A stretch of DNA of 64,000 nt, from NCBI RefSeq assembly GCF_030028105.1, contig NC_092395.1:28302424-28366423 (forward strand), in the 5' to 3' direction. Below the pieces are notes generated by a model. It had not been told where the DNA came from and did not search any database. It saw nothing but the letters and a program-made list of their open reading frames with translations. The DNA is from Mobula birostris. Its lineage: Eukaryota. A program made the position numbers and the translations under genes. Below are positions 38,716 to 52,371 of this stretch, one piece after another. The first letter of the stretch is position 1. The number at the start of each line of letters is the position of its first letter.

Positions 38716-38774
38716 ACCACACAATTGCTGTAATTTCCCCAGTCTTCTCATTGTCCTGCCTTCCCGTTTTATTT

Positions 38775-38975
38775 GGAGATACAGCCCGGTAACAGGTATT
38801 TGCGGCCAATGCCGCTGGAGTGACCAATTAACCTACTGACCCTTGCGCCTTTGGAAGCCCCTGGAGGAAGCCCACGTTGTCACGGGGAGGACGTACAAAC
38901 TCCTTACAGACCGCGGCAGGTCTGAACCCGGGTCACTGGCGCTGTGAAAGCATTACGCTACCATGCCGCACGCAT
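38775..38975 (-). mobile_element. V-SINE
   Basis: Reverse complement of ctgtaaggagtttgtacgtcctccccgtgac, plus a tRNA-like head (gcatggtagcgtaatg...ggttcagac). Confidence 0.7.
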
Positions 38976-40716
38976 CCTTCTGCCCGTTTCCATTTCCCAT
39001 GCTTTCTGCTGCCTGTGCTCCCAACCCGCAATCTGTCTCTCGCCTCAGTTCCTTGCGTGGCTCGGTGTGGGATTTAATTAGGATCAGGCGCTTCAACAAA
39101 TCTTTACGTTGGTGATGGTCACTGTTCCTTGGAAGTGCTGATGCAAGTTTCGGCGTGACGCATCGACACCACTGCTACATCTGGATGATACCTGGATGTC
39201 GTCGCGGATCACTTGAGTGTTAGTTGTCTCACAGTTCGCGCCCCCTCTCCCCCAGTTAGAGCCATGGATGATCCCAGTGAAGAACCTGATCAGGAAAATA
39301 TGGGACACGGGGGAGGGAGAGAGAGGGTGATGTAGGAACTGGGTGAACCTTAAAATACAACAGGCAGAGGGCGAAACGATACATTTTTAGACACCCGCAG
39401 GCCCATTTAAAAATGAAGGATCCCATCCCCTCCCCTCCCCCATGAGAATGTGCTGTGTCAACACCGAGACGTGACATGGGGCGGGGACAGGACATTTTTA
39501 AGGACGTCACTACGAAAATATCGGCAGTGTGTTCAGTACAGATTATTACGATGCTGACAATGCCAGCTGGTTTCGATGCGGTTTCTGCAAGATAACCATT
39601 CCTTTAAACAGCCAAAACAAGCGCGGAGTAGCTGCGATGTTTTCAGAGATTATGTTCCCTATTCTAGATTCCTGTTTCTGAGAACAAGTCTGCAAATTCA
39701 GAACACATGTAAGACCACACGATATTTACTCTTCCTTTTTGCAAATTATCCAACAGAAACTTGGTCCAATTGTCCTCCGCCAAAGATGCATTCAGTCTTT
39801 ATTCCGTGTATAATAAACACATGCATATGTCTCATTTTAAAAGAGTAGTACTTGTTATCGGTGATTTCCGCTGTGTGCGTCTATAGGGTGCCATACCCGG
39901 AAGAGAAGTGGCCAATCAAATGCGCTTCAAAAACTGGAGTTTAAAAAAAGCAGCAGCAGTTGCCACGGTGACTGTCTATTGCACACCTGAGCGTTCCGGC
40001 TTGAGGGGGAAATGATTAAAGACATTTGTTGCAAATCCGCAGAATTGCTACAGTAAATTAAAAGTTTTTTTTCAAGATATTTTAAAATCAGTAAGGCCTC
40101 GAAAAACAGATTTTTCTCCAGCTTTCAAGAAAAGAGAGAAAAATTTCACCAAAGCAAAAAATAAATTTCATTCAACCAACCGTATTTCTATCATCCCTTT
40201 TACCATTTCGAGACATAATTGACATGAAGTGGTTAAAGGGACGACAGAAATATTATTTAAAATACACTTAAAGTGTGAGTAATTTTATAATGAAGGACGC
40301 GTGGGTGTGCATGAGGTGACGACATCAGTTGGTCTATTTTTAGAGCATTAAAGTAACGTCCTATTCGGTTTCAGACTTTGTACGTGACTAAACCCTCATT
40401 CTAGACTCCATTATTTAATCAAAACTCTTTTCTGTAGAGCAGAGTACCACAAAGACTTTTATAGGCATTACCAGAAGGCACCTAGATACGTGACGATAAG
40501 CCTAGGAATTTGGCTATAATTAGCATCTCAGAGGTGGGATCTCCCAGGTGGAGATGGAAGAGGTACCGTGTGGGTTTTAGCGAAGAAATTCCGGAGACTG
40601 AGGTAGTGATTAAAAATTGGGTTGATCAAGAGCACCTGGGATGTAAAGAAACCTGGGCTAGAGACACAGGGTGTGGCAGTGCCAGGAAACGATTGAAAAG
40701 CAGGTTGCAAGATGTC

Positions 40717-43700
40717 ATAGAACATAGAAACACAGAAAACCTACAGCACAATACAGGTCCTTCGGTCCACAAAGCTATGCTGAACATGTCCTTACTTTAG
40801 AACTACCAAGGCTTACCTATAGCCCTCCATTTTTCCAAGCTCCATGTATCCATCCAGGAGTCTCTTAAGAGGCCCTATTGTTTCCACCTCCACCACCACC
40901 ACTGGCAGCTCATTCCATGTACTCACCACTATCTGCGTAAAAACAACAACAACAACTTACCCCTGACATCTCCTCTGCACCTACTTCCAAGCACCTTAAA
41001 AATATGCTCTCTCGCGCTAGCCATTTCAGCCCTGGGGAGAAACCTCTGACTATCCACACAATCAATGCCTCTCATTATCTTGTACACCTCTATCAGGTCA
41101 CCTCTCATCCTCCGTCGCTCCAAGGAGAAAAGGCTGAGTTCACTCAACCTATTCTCATAAGGCGTGCTCTCCAATCCAGGCAACATCCTTGTAAATCTCC
41201 TCTGCACCCTTTCTATGGTTTCCACATCCTTCCTGCAGTGAAGCGACCAGAATTGAGCACAGCACTCCAAGTGCGGTCTGACCAGGGTCCTATATAGCTG
41301 CAACATTACCTCTCGGCTCTTAAACTCAGTCCCACAACTGATGAAGGCCAATGCACTGTATGCCTTCTTAACCACAGAGTCAACCTGCGTAGCAGCTTTG
41401 AGTGCCTTATGGACTCGGACCCCAAGATCCCTCTGATCCTCCACCCTGCCAAGAAACTTGCCATTAATGGTATATTCTGCCATCATATTTGACCTACCAA
41501 ATGAACCACCTCACACTTATCTGGGTTGAACTCCATCTGCCACTTCTCAGCCCAGTTTTGCATCCTATCAATGTCCCGCTGTAAACTCTGACAGCTCTCC
41601 AGACTATCCACAACGCCCCCAACCTTGTGTCATCAGCATATTTACTAACCCATCCCACCACTTCTTCATCCAGGTAATTTATAAAAATCACAAAGAGTAG
41701 GGGTCCCAGAACAAATCTCTGAGGCACACCACTGGTCAATGGCCTCCATGCAGGATATGACCTGTCTACAACCACTCTTTGCCTTCTGTGGGCAAGCCAG
41801 TTCTGGATCCACAGAGCAATGTCCCCTTGGATCCCAGGCCTCCTTATTTTCTCAATAAGCCTTGCATGGGGTACCTTATCAAATGCCATGCTAAAATCCA
41901 TATACACTACATCTACGGCTCTACCTTCATCAATGTGTTTAGACACATCCTCAAAAACTTCAATCAGGCTCGTAAGGCACAACCTGCCTTTGACAAAGCA
42001 ATGCTGACTATTTCTAATCATATTATGCCTCTCCAAATGTTCTTAAATCCTGCCTCTCAGGATCTTCTCCATCAACCTACCAACTACTGAAGTAAGTCTC
42101 ACTGGTCTATAATTTCCTGGGCTATCCCTATTCCCTTTCTTGAATAAGGGAACAACATCCGCAACCCTCACATCCTCAGGAATCTCTCCTGTCCTCATTG
42201 ATGATGCAAAGATTGCCAGAGGTTTAGCAATCTCCTCCCTTGCTTCCCACAGTAGCCTGGGGTACATCCCGTCTGGTCCCGGTGACTTATCCAACTTGGA
42301 GTTTTCCAAAAGCTCCAGCACATCCTGTTCTTTGATATCTACATGCTCAAGCTTTTCAGTCCGCTGCAGGTCATCCCTACAATTGCCAAGATCCTTTTCC
42401 GTAGTGAATACTGAAGTAAAGTATTCATTAAGTACCTCTGCTATCTCCTCTGGTTCCATACACACTTTTCCACTGTTACACTTGATTGGCCCTATTCTCT
42501 CACATCTTTTATTACCTAGTTTTTTGAACCTTTCGTAAGCTCTTCTTTTCCTTTTGACTAGATTTACAACAGCCTTTGTACACGACGGTTCCTGTACCCT
42601 ACCATCCTTTCCCTGTCTCATTGGAACGTATCTACACAGACCCCATGCAAATATCCCCTAAACATTTGTCACATTTCTTCCGTACGTTTCCCTGAGAATA
42701 TCTGTTTCCAATTTATGCTTCCAAGTTCCTCCCTGATAGCCTCATATTTCCCCTCACTCCAATTAAACATTTTCCTAACTTGTCTGTTCCTAGCCCTCTC
42801 CAATGCTATGGTAAAGGAGATAGAATTGTGATCGCTAGATCCAAAATGCTCTCCCACTGAGAGACCTGACACCTGACCAGGTTCATTTCCCAATACCAGA
42901 TCAAGTACAGCATCTCCTCTTGTAGGCTTATCTACATACTGTGCCAAGAAACCGTCCTGAACACACCTAACAAACTCCACCCCTTCTAAACCCCTCACTC
43001 TAGGGAACTACCAATCAATATTTGGGAAATTAAAATCTCCCACCACAACAACCCTGTTATTATTACTCCTTTCCAGAATCTGTCTCACTATCTGCTCCTC
43101 GATGTCCCTGTTACCATTGGGTGGTCTATAAAAATCACCCAGTATTGACCCTTTCCTATTCCAAACTTCCACCCACAGAGACTCTGTAGACACCCCTCAA
43201 TGACTTCCTCCTTTTTTGCAGCCGTGACACTATCTCTGATCAACAGTGCCATGCCCCCACCTCTTTTGCGTCCCTCTCTGTCTTTTCTGAAATATCTAAA
43301 GCCTGGTACTTGAAACATAGAAACATAGAAACATAGAAAATAGGTGCAGGAGTAGGCCATTCGGCCCTTCAAGCCTGCACCGCCATTTATTATGATCATG
43401 GCTGATCATCCAACTCAGAACCCTGCACAAGCCTTCCCTCCATACCCCCCGACCCCCCTAGCCACAAGGGCCATATCTAACTCCCTCTTAAATATAGCCA
43501 ATGAACTGGCCTCAACTGTTTCCTGTGGCAGAGAATTCCACAGGTTCACCACTGTCTGTGTGAAGAAGTTTTTCCTAATCTCAGTCCTAAAAGGCTTCCC
43601 CCTTATCCTCAAACTGTGACCCCTCGTTCTGGACTTCCCCAACATCGGGAACAATCTTCCTACATCTAGCCTGTCCAATCCCTTTAGGATTTTATACGCT

Positions 43701-44715
43701 TCAATCAGATCCCCCCTCAATCTTCTAAATTCCAACGAGTACAAGCCTAGTTCATCCAGTCTTTCTTCATATGAAAGTCCTGCCATCCCAGGAATCAATC
43801 TGGTGAACCTTCTTTGTACTCCCTCTATGGCAAGGATGTCTTTCCTCAGATTAGGGGACCAAAACTGCACACAATACTCCAGGTGTGGTCTCACCAAGGC
43901 CTTGTACAACTGCAGTAGTACCTCCCTGCTCCTGTACTCAAATCCTCTCACTATAAATGCCAGCATACCATTCGCCTTTTTCACCGCCTGCTGTACCTGC
44001 ATGCCCACTTTGAATGACTGAAGTAGCCATTCCTGCCCCTGCACCATCTAAGTCTCTGTAATGAGCACAATATCATAGCCCTAAGTGCTGATCCACGCTG
44101 TAAGCTCATCCGCTTTATTCATAATACTTCTCACATTAAAATCGACACATCTCAAACCATCGGTCTGAGTGCATCCCTTCTCTGTCACCTGCTTATCCTC
44201 CCTTTCACACTTTCTCCAAGCTTTCTCTATTTGTGAGCTAACCTCCTTTCCTCTGTCACTTCAGTTCAGTTCCCACCCCCCCAGCAATTCCAGTTTAAAC
44301 TCTCCCCAATAGCCTTTGCAAACCTCCCCGCCAGGATATTGGTCCCCCTCAGATTCAAGTGCAACCCGTCCTTTTTGTACAGGTCACACCTGCCCCAGAA
44401 GAGGTCCCAATGATCCAGAAATCTGAATCCCTGCCCCCTGCTCCAATCCCTCAGCCATGCATTTCTCCTCCACCTCACTCATTGTCACATGGCTCAGGCA
44501 GTAATCCTGAGATTACTACCTTTGAGGTCCTGCTTCTCATCTTCCTTCCTAACTCCCTGTAGTCACTTTCAGGACCTCCTCCCTTTTCCTACCTATGTTG
44601 TTGGTACCAATATGTACCACGACCTCTGGCTGTTCTGCTTCCCACTTCAGGATATCGTGGATGCGATCAGAAACATCCCCGGACCCTGGCACCTGGGAGG
44701 CAAACTACCAATCCG
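40717..44715 (-). mobile_element. Older CR1 LINE of a second subfamily (ORF1 esterase region to 3' end), frameshifted
   Basis: DHWDLFWG...KDGLHLN (ORF1), then FYRPP, GDFNFP, SDHN, YMDFSMAFDKVPH, KYADDT across several frames. Confidence 0.93.
43313..44018 (-). mobile_element. Young 5'-truncated CR1 nested in the older CR1
   Basis: Nearly the same sequence as 33344-34038, (AAACATAG)3 tail. The host reads through as ggtacttgaa|gtagccattcc, with TGAA present on both sides. Confidence 0.92.
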
Positions 44716-45804
44716 CTGTCATACTGAAGCGTTGCTTGACTGACGTTTAATCTGAGTCAGCAAGCACATTTAATTTTTTTTTTAAATTTCTTTAGGATAT
44801 GGATATTGCTAGCAGGACTGGCATTTATTGCTCCAACGATACACGAGGAATAAAATCAGCCTGTTGCAGTCAGTGCTGTTGAATAAGGAGTGCTGGGAAA
44901 TCCACCCAGTGACGATAAGGGGGTCTATTGAGGATTACGTGACTTGGAAGGGTTGGTGACCCTCTACATCTGAAAATGCCTCTTTCTCAATGGTAGGGAC
45001 AGTGATTATGAGAGAACCTCAAGTTCGTGGTGCACTGCACCCCGCAGATAAATTGCAGCCACTGGTGGAGAGCATTCGGACTGGTTGCATCACACCTTCG
45101 TGTGGAGATGCCAACGCAAAGCAAAGCAAAGGGGCTTCAGAGGGTCGCAGACTCAACCAGCTCCATCACAGGCACAACCCTCCCCACCATCAAGGACATA
45201 TTCGCCGGGCGGGGGGGGGGGTGACTCAGGAAGGCGGCATCCATCATTAAGGACCATCGCCTTCTCGTTACTACTACCAGGGAAGAGGTACAGGAGCCTG
45301 AAGACCCACACTCAATGATCCAAGAACAGATTCCTCCCCCTGTCATCTGATTTTTGAATGGTCCCTAAACACTACCTCATTGTCCCTTTTTAACACGATT
45401 TTGTGCACTTTATGCAGTCCTGGGTAGGTCTGTAGTCTAGTGTATTTTTATGTTGTTTTTTACGTAGTTCAGTGTAGTTCTTGTATTGCTCATGTAGCAC
45501 CATGTTCCTGAAAAACGTTGTCTCGTTTTTACTGTGTACTGTACCAGCAGTTGTGGTCGAAATGAGAATAAAATTGACTTGACCTGACTTATTTTATAAT
45601 TTAGAGCCACCTTTATGGCTCGGCACTGTGTAACTGCCGCGAGGGGAAAAAACACATCATCACTGTCATAGAAGATGGGACAAGAAATTCTGCTTCTGAT
45701 GTTTAAAATGATGGTCGGAGGACCAGTCAACCACCCTGCTTTGTCCTGGACGGTGTTGAGAGACTTCAGATTTTTTTTTTTTGGAGCAGCAACTATAGGG
45801 TTGT

Positions 45805-46170
45805 GTCATCATCATGATCATGTGCCATGTCACATGATGTGGACAATCATAGTTAATGACCATAATTGTTTTTGCCAATTTTTTTTTCTACAGAAGTGGT
45901 TTGTCCTTGCCTCTTCTGGGCAGTGTCTTTACAAGACGGGTGACCCCAGCCTCAATCCTCTTCAGAGATTGTCTGCCTGGTGTCAGTGATGGCATAACCG
46001 GGACTTGGGATATGCACCAGCTGCTCATATGACCATCCACCACCTGCTCCCATGACTTCACATAACCCTGATTGGTTGCTGCACCTTGCCCGAGGGTGAC
46101 CTGCGGGCTAGCGGCGGGAAGGAGCACCTTACACCTCCTTTGGTAGAGACGTATCTCCACCCACTCCCAC
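45805..46170 (-). mobile_element. RTE-derived SINE
   Basis: Plus-strand cagaagtggtttgtccttgcc (reverse of the RTE/BovB GGCAATGGCAAACCACT motif) and a (cat)n tail. Confidence 0.5.
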
Positions 46171-47462
46171 CCAGTGTATTTATCATGCAATTTGTGGTCA
46201 TGATGGAAAGACTTTGTGGTGTCAGGAGGAAGAGTCGGGCTACTCAAGCTGTGACCTAGCGATGAATGGCTAGATTCTTGTTGGAGACAATCACTTGATG
46301 GCACGTGTGGTGTGAGTATTACTGAGTCTGTTTATCCAGGTCTTGTTGCAGGTGAATGAAAGGTGAATGGGGCTTGGTGCAAGTTGGGACATGAGCAACA
46401 ATGATTAGGACCGATCTAATTTATGGACCATGTCAAAGGTTAGACAGATTGGGAGGGCAAACAAATCACAATACGTCGAGATTACAAAAGCACAGGTGAG
46501 GGTCTCAGTGCAGTTGAGTTCTTGAAATCGTTGGTGATTTTCCCCATAGCCAAGTAGCTTGCGTGGACATAACGGCTTGCTGGACAAGGTGCAGGAAGTC
46601 ATGGTCATGGAGTCATTCAGCAAAGATACAGGCCCTTCAGCACACCCAATCCAGGTAAACCACCCAGCTAGATCTAATTTCCTGCATTCGGCCCATATCC
46701 CCCAAAGCACCACCCCTCCGTGTACCAATCCAAGAGCTTCTGGAATGATACTATTGTACTTGCCTGTGGCAGCTTGCACTATATACTCCAGACCCTCTGC
46801 ATGAAAAATGTTGCTCCTCGCTTTCCTTTTAAATATTTCCCATCTCACCCTAAACCTGCGCCCGCTAGTTTTGGATTCCCCTGCCTGGGGGAAAGACTAT
46901 TACCATCCGCCGTATCTGGGCATCTCAGAATTTCCAGTATGGCCATCCTTCATTCTCTTACGTTCCAAGGAATAAAGACGCAGCCTGGCCAACCTCTCCT
47001 TATAAAGTGTTTATCCAGGTCGTCGTCCTATGATGGCCACCAGCATCCCTGTGGTCAGAAAGGGAAAATCCCTGTGGGAGAGGATACTGCACACAGCATC
47101 TATTGATTCCCTCCCATGGGACCGAGTAAAACAAATCCTTCCCAGCATCACAGACATTCACCGTGGAATACCCGGCCTGAGATGAGGTCTACAAGCTGCA
47201 GCATTTATGTGGCTGCTGTGGCTGAGTTTCTGGCCAGTGGTGACTTTTAGGATCCTGGGCAACCTTGGCGATACTTTGGTTGAAATCTGGTTGAGCACCA
47301 GAGGAATAGGTTTCAAGATTCAAGATGGTTTGTCATTCTTCGGTACGCAAGAGTAGAGGAGAACAAAACGATTGTTACTCCAGATCTGATGCAGCAAAAG
47401 TAAACATACAATAAGCACGAAACACAATAAATATAAATACGTAAGATTAGCGGATATACATA

Positions 47463-47950
47463 GACTCAGCAGCCACTTTATTTGGTAACTCCGGAATTGA
47501 ATACAGTGGCCACTGAGGGTGTGTTTGTGGTCTTCTGCTGCTGTAGCCCATCCAATTCAAGGTTCGACGTGTTGTGGGTCCGGAGATTCAATTCTGCATT
47601 CCACTGTTGAATTGTGTGGTTAGTTGAGTTACTGTCACCTTCCTGACCTCGCTCATTAACAAGTCACGTCGGCCAAAATGTCTGCTGCTCACCGGATGTG
47701 TTTGTACTCTAAACTCTAGAGACTGTTGTGCAGGGAAAATCCCAGGAGATCAGCAGTTTCCAAGATACTCAAACCACCCCGTCTGGCACCAACCATCATT
47801 CCATGATCAAAGTCACTTAGATCGCGTTTCTGATGATTGGCCAAACAACAACTGAACCTGCTTTTATGCGCTGAGTTGCTGCCACATGATTGGCCGATGA
47901 GATGTTGGCGTTAACGAGCAGGTGCACCTAATAAAGTGGCCTCTGAGTGT
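47463..47950. mobile_element. Non-autonomous Tc1/mariner-type element
   Basis: Inverted termini actcagcagccactttatttggtaac / gtgcacctaataaagtggcctctgagt with TA-like flanks. Confidence 0.7.
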
Positions 47951-48299
47951 GTACCAAGCATATGTACATGAAGTCTCTCTAGGTACAGGAGTATCTAAAC
48001 AAAAGGCGACTCTGACAGGAAATGATAAAGTAGTGGTGTTTTGGCCTGGGACAAAAAGTTTTGCTTAAAAAATGAACACCAACACGGGGCATTTGGGCCA
48101 GTGGACCTGTGTCTAAGGTATACTATACGTGTAAGAAATGAGCTTCTGAGTCAAACTGCCCTGAAAGGAAAGGATTCTATAACTCTTTGAACAGATTTGC
48201 ACTGTTGCTGTGTGCACAATTTCTACGATAACTTACAAGAATGCTGTTCCCTCCGCTCAGTTGCTCTGTCTCTGACGTGCCTGTTCTCACGACCAGACT

Positions 48300-48830
48300 T
48301 CCCATTCCAGGAAGTCCAAGGTTCTCAGAAAACAGGGTTTCCCCTCCACTGCTACCAATGCAGCTATCGTCCACATGTCTGCCCTCACCCTGTACCTCTT
48401 TCCTGCAGCATAACGGGGAGAGGCTACTGCCTCCAAGTCCAACATATCACCATACTCTGCAACTTCTGCCATCTCCAACTACATCCCGTCACTGGGCACA
48501 CTTTCCCCTGTGTGCAGGGATTGCGCTGTCCATGACTTGACTTGCCTTCAGCCTCCCCACCAGTCTCCCTCCAGGTACTTATCCCTAAAGCCACACCTGC
48601 CCCTTCACCTCCATTCAGAGACCTAAACAGTTCTTCTAGGTGAGGCAGCAGCTCACATGTCAATCCTCTGAGTTCATCTGTCGTATCCAGTGCTCTCAGT
48701 GCAGCCTCCTCTACTTCAACGAGACCCACACAGTCTGGAGGATTATTCCATCGAGCACCTTGGCTCTGTCTGCCAGAACAGCCAGGATCTCCTGGTGGCC
48801 AGCCATTTTCATTCCATTCCCATTCCCACA
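48300..48830 (+). mobile_element. Penelope GIY-YIG fragment
   Basis: LTCQSSEFICRIQCSQCSLLYFNET, homologous to 21243-21330. Confidence 0.75.
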
Positions 48831-51049
48831 CTGACGTCTGAGACGTTGTTTTACTTTCAGAATGCTTGTGTGTGGAGTCCTTCTTGTGAATTGTGCTGTC
48901 TGTTCATTTCCTGTAATTCAGGGGAACTCCTTCAGTCTTGGGTGTGGTGAGCGTCCCATCCAGGTTTAATCAGGATGAAACCAGTTTCAATTTTGAATCC
49001 AGGGCAAAGTGGAGATTATTGCATTAAAAGTAGATCATTTAAGCATTAAAATACTTGGAGTGATAAAAAACACGTTGCACAGTGTGTGGTGGGATTCAAG
49101 AGCAGTTCCCATTACAGGGGAACAGTAGATTACACTGGACAACAAAGATTTTGCATCCTGAATGCTTTTGGGTGTATCTGATGTATTTTTAGCTGTTGAT
49201 CATGAAAATCACCAAGAAATTTCCTTCACGTGCACCATTTTAAAAAAAAAAGCGCCTATATTTGTTATTTCAATTCATATTTCAACTCAATTAAAATGTT
49301 GCCTACAGTGTAAGCTGAGAAGTTATCTATCTTGTCTAGGCATGCCTGGGCATGCTTAGACAGGGCGGATGCTGCACGGCAGGACAAGTTTTAGAAAGGC
49401 TATGAAAATGTCATACACGCGCAGTTCTATGCATTGTGTTAACATGTATATCAGTTTACAATGACGTCAATGCGCTTCCTCTGCACGCATAGTATATTCT
49501 GTGTACTCATTATAACAAAGTAATTGTATTTATAGGAGTATTTGTGATAGCAAAATGTCTCACCAATGGTGTAACAGCCCCAATATTTCTGTTATATTTG
49601 TGGTGAGTATGTGCTTAAATCTCAAAGACGAAACATGGCCTCTCTTATTAAGAAAGCCCATGAGTGCCACTTTGGGCGTAAACTTGGCTGCCGGGACAAA
49701 GCCTGGGCTCCTCTCATTTGCTGTGCAACATGCGCTGTCAATCTCTGAGCCAAGCTCTAAGGGACTCGGTAGTCAATGCTGTTCACTGTCCTGATGATAT
49801 AGTGAGAGCAGAAGGCTCGTGACAGACCACTACTTCTCTCTGACCAGTCTTAAACCTGGAGTTTAAGAGCATTCAGAGACTCTGCAAATGGTTCCATGGT
49901 ATGAGGCAATTTGGCCCATTGAATCCATACTGGCTCTATTCCAGGGCAATTGAACTAGTTTTAGCTTTGGGTACTTCTCAGCACCAGCTTCTTGCAGGTT
50001 CAAGTCTGTGCCCCATGGGCACTGCCTAATGGTTTTTTAAAAAAAAACTAAGCTAGTCTCTTTCCCCCTGACCATTGAAATTCTTTCCTGTTAAATACTG
50101 TACATACGTGGTTCTCTTTTGAATGCTGCATTCATACTCCCTCCCACTATTACCCCTGGCAGTCCATTTCAGATCCTAAACACTAGCTGTGCTTTTTTTT
50201 AAAAACATACTTGTGACACTCTTGGTTCTTTTGCCAATCACCTTTTTCCTATGTGTTTTTCTGTACACTTTTCATGTACTTTTGACTTTACTAGCAGAGA
50301 AGGTTTCTCTGTTTTTATCATCTCATGTCTTTAAATGCCCTTATCAGTTCTCTCTGTAATGTCCTCTGTTCTGTGGAGAACAAACCTAACTCTAGTCAAT
50401 CCTCATAATTAAAGTCCCCCATCACTGGAATAGTTTTGGCAAAAAGCTTCTGAGCCTTCACAGTTTTCCTAAAGTGTACTGACTAGAACTGGACATGAGC
50501 TCTCCAGTTTTGGCTGAACCAGTATTTTATAAAGGTCCATTGTGATTTCTCTTGAGTGTGGTAAAAATCCTAAGAACAACAAGAGCAAGTTATGCACCAG
50601 TCATTTCTTACTTTTGATATTGCTGATGTGCCTTCAGAACTTGATTATACAAATCCATCATGTTTTTTTTTTGTATGTGGACAATACTGCAAGATTGGCA
50701 CTTCTGGTCTTTTCTTAACTGCCTGTAAATTGAGGCAATATTTCAGAGCAAACTACATCAGCAGACCTGGAGTCACATAGAGATAGGTCAGGTTGCACCT
50801 GGGGAGCAGATTTTCTTCATTAAGGGATGTTAATGACACCAGTAGGCTTTTTAATAACAAAACCTTCAAATGGTATTGATCATGATTAATGCAACTATTT
50901 TCAGCCAGGGTTAATACAAATGATTGATGAGTTTTGAATTTGTATTACTGGATCAAAGGTTCAGATTTCCGGTTACTGGTGTGATGAATTAGCTTCAGTA
51001 CTTTTGAAAATCTCTACATTTGTACTTGTATTTAAAATTTCCTACCAAA

Positions 51050-51610
51050 TGAGGCCCTCCGTCAGTCGGGGTCAACCATGGGATGTTGCATCCCAGTTGT
51101 CTATACAATACGCAAGGCAGGACAGTACGATTTGGGGATCAAGCTGTTGCCCACGTAGTAGGCTTCCCCCCCCCCAAACACACAGCTGATGAATCCAAAG
51201 GACTGGCAGAGGCCAATACAGTTTGGCATCAGTGGCATCGCAGGAGTTGGACTCAACATAGGGATGCCAGCTCTGGATTTTTCCCTCGGGGTTTACTCCT
51301 GAAGCCTTTTGCACGAGTGGGTATAGCTGCAATCTAGCAGAGGTTTGTGATCAAAGTTATCCCTTCTCCTAGATGAGCTGCCAACCTCGGCTGACTCAGC
51401 TCCATCTGCCTGAAACGACTGGTTTCAAGGTGCCAGAAAGCCTCCTTTCCCCCTTCTTCTGTCTGTAGAAGTGATTCTGCCGTGCTTAGTATCTAAGCCC
51501 CGCGTGAAGGTCAGGAGCTGGACTTGGTTGTCAGAGGCTGTTTGAGACGCGCTATTGGGAGCTTAACTCCATTACCTCCCCAGGCTATACGGTAACAACT
51601 TTAAGAAACC
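51050..51610 (-). mobile_element. Non-coding interspersed repeat, probably RTE-derived
   Basis: GC-richer block with abrupt edges in AT-rich intron, no credible ORF. Family assignment and strand are tentative. Confidence 0.4.
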
Positions 51611-51799
51611 AGTGAATTTTCTGCCAGTTTGAGCTAAACACCACCAGAGGGCACCAATGCTCATCTTCTGATTTACAATTGGCAACAAAAATACAGGTGT
51701 ACAGTACTGATGTTGTGTTTCATAGCAAAGATCCGGTCATCAGGAATATGACTTCTGAAGTACTGTCACTCTTGCTCCCTGCTTTTAAATTTCTGGGTG

Positions 51800-52310
51800 T
51801 ACAGTACTTAGGCACATATATGTATAGCTAGGGTGCGTAAGACTTTTGTGCCGTACTGCATTTGTCAATATGGAATGGGGAGCGAGTTTGGAAATCTGGT
51901 GAGATCAAAGGATGTTGGGAATGGCGAGGGTAGGGTGCCTCGGGAAGGGTGGGGTGAGATGCCAGTGGTGGGGTGTAGTGTGAGTGCAGACACACCCAGC
52001 CCAGAGAGAACAGGCAAGGTTATTCGATTCCAAACAATTGATTTATTGATCACTGTAAAATGTCTCTCTAGCGCTTCCCTCGCCCTCCCCTCTCCCTTCC
52101 TGTTTTCCCAACCATGATTCTCCTCTCCCTTCCCCTTTTCCCAACCATTATACCACTCTCCCTACCCCCTTCCCACTCTCAGTCCACAACAGAGACCCAT
52201 ATCAGATTCATCACTCATGTCATAAAATTAGTTTTTTTTACATGGCAGCAGTACAGTACAATACATAAAATTACCACAGTACTGTGTAGAAGTCTTAAGG
52301 CACCCTAGTG
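51800..52310. mobile_element. Composite repeat carrying Tc1-like terminal sequences
   Basis: ctagggtgcgtaagacttttgtgccgtactg (about 51828-51858) and its inverse cagtactgtgtagaagtcttaaggcaccctag (about 52277-52308). Confidence 0.55.
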
Positions 52311-52319
52311 TGCGCGCTG

Positions 52320-52358
<39 letters not shown>

Positions 52359-52371
52359 GTGTGTGTGTGTG
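52320..52371. repeat. Compound (CT)n(AT)n(GT)n microsatellite
   Basis: Directly visible. Confidence 0.95.

Noticed and set aside
39100-39300. Possible intronic C/D box snoRNA
   Set aside because: No canonical RUGAUGA box paired with CUGA and a terminal stem could be identified.
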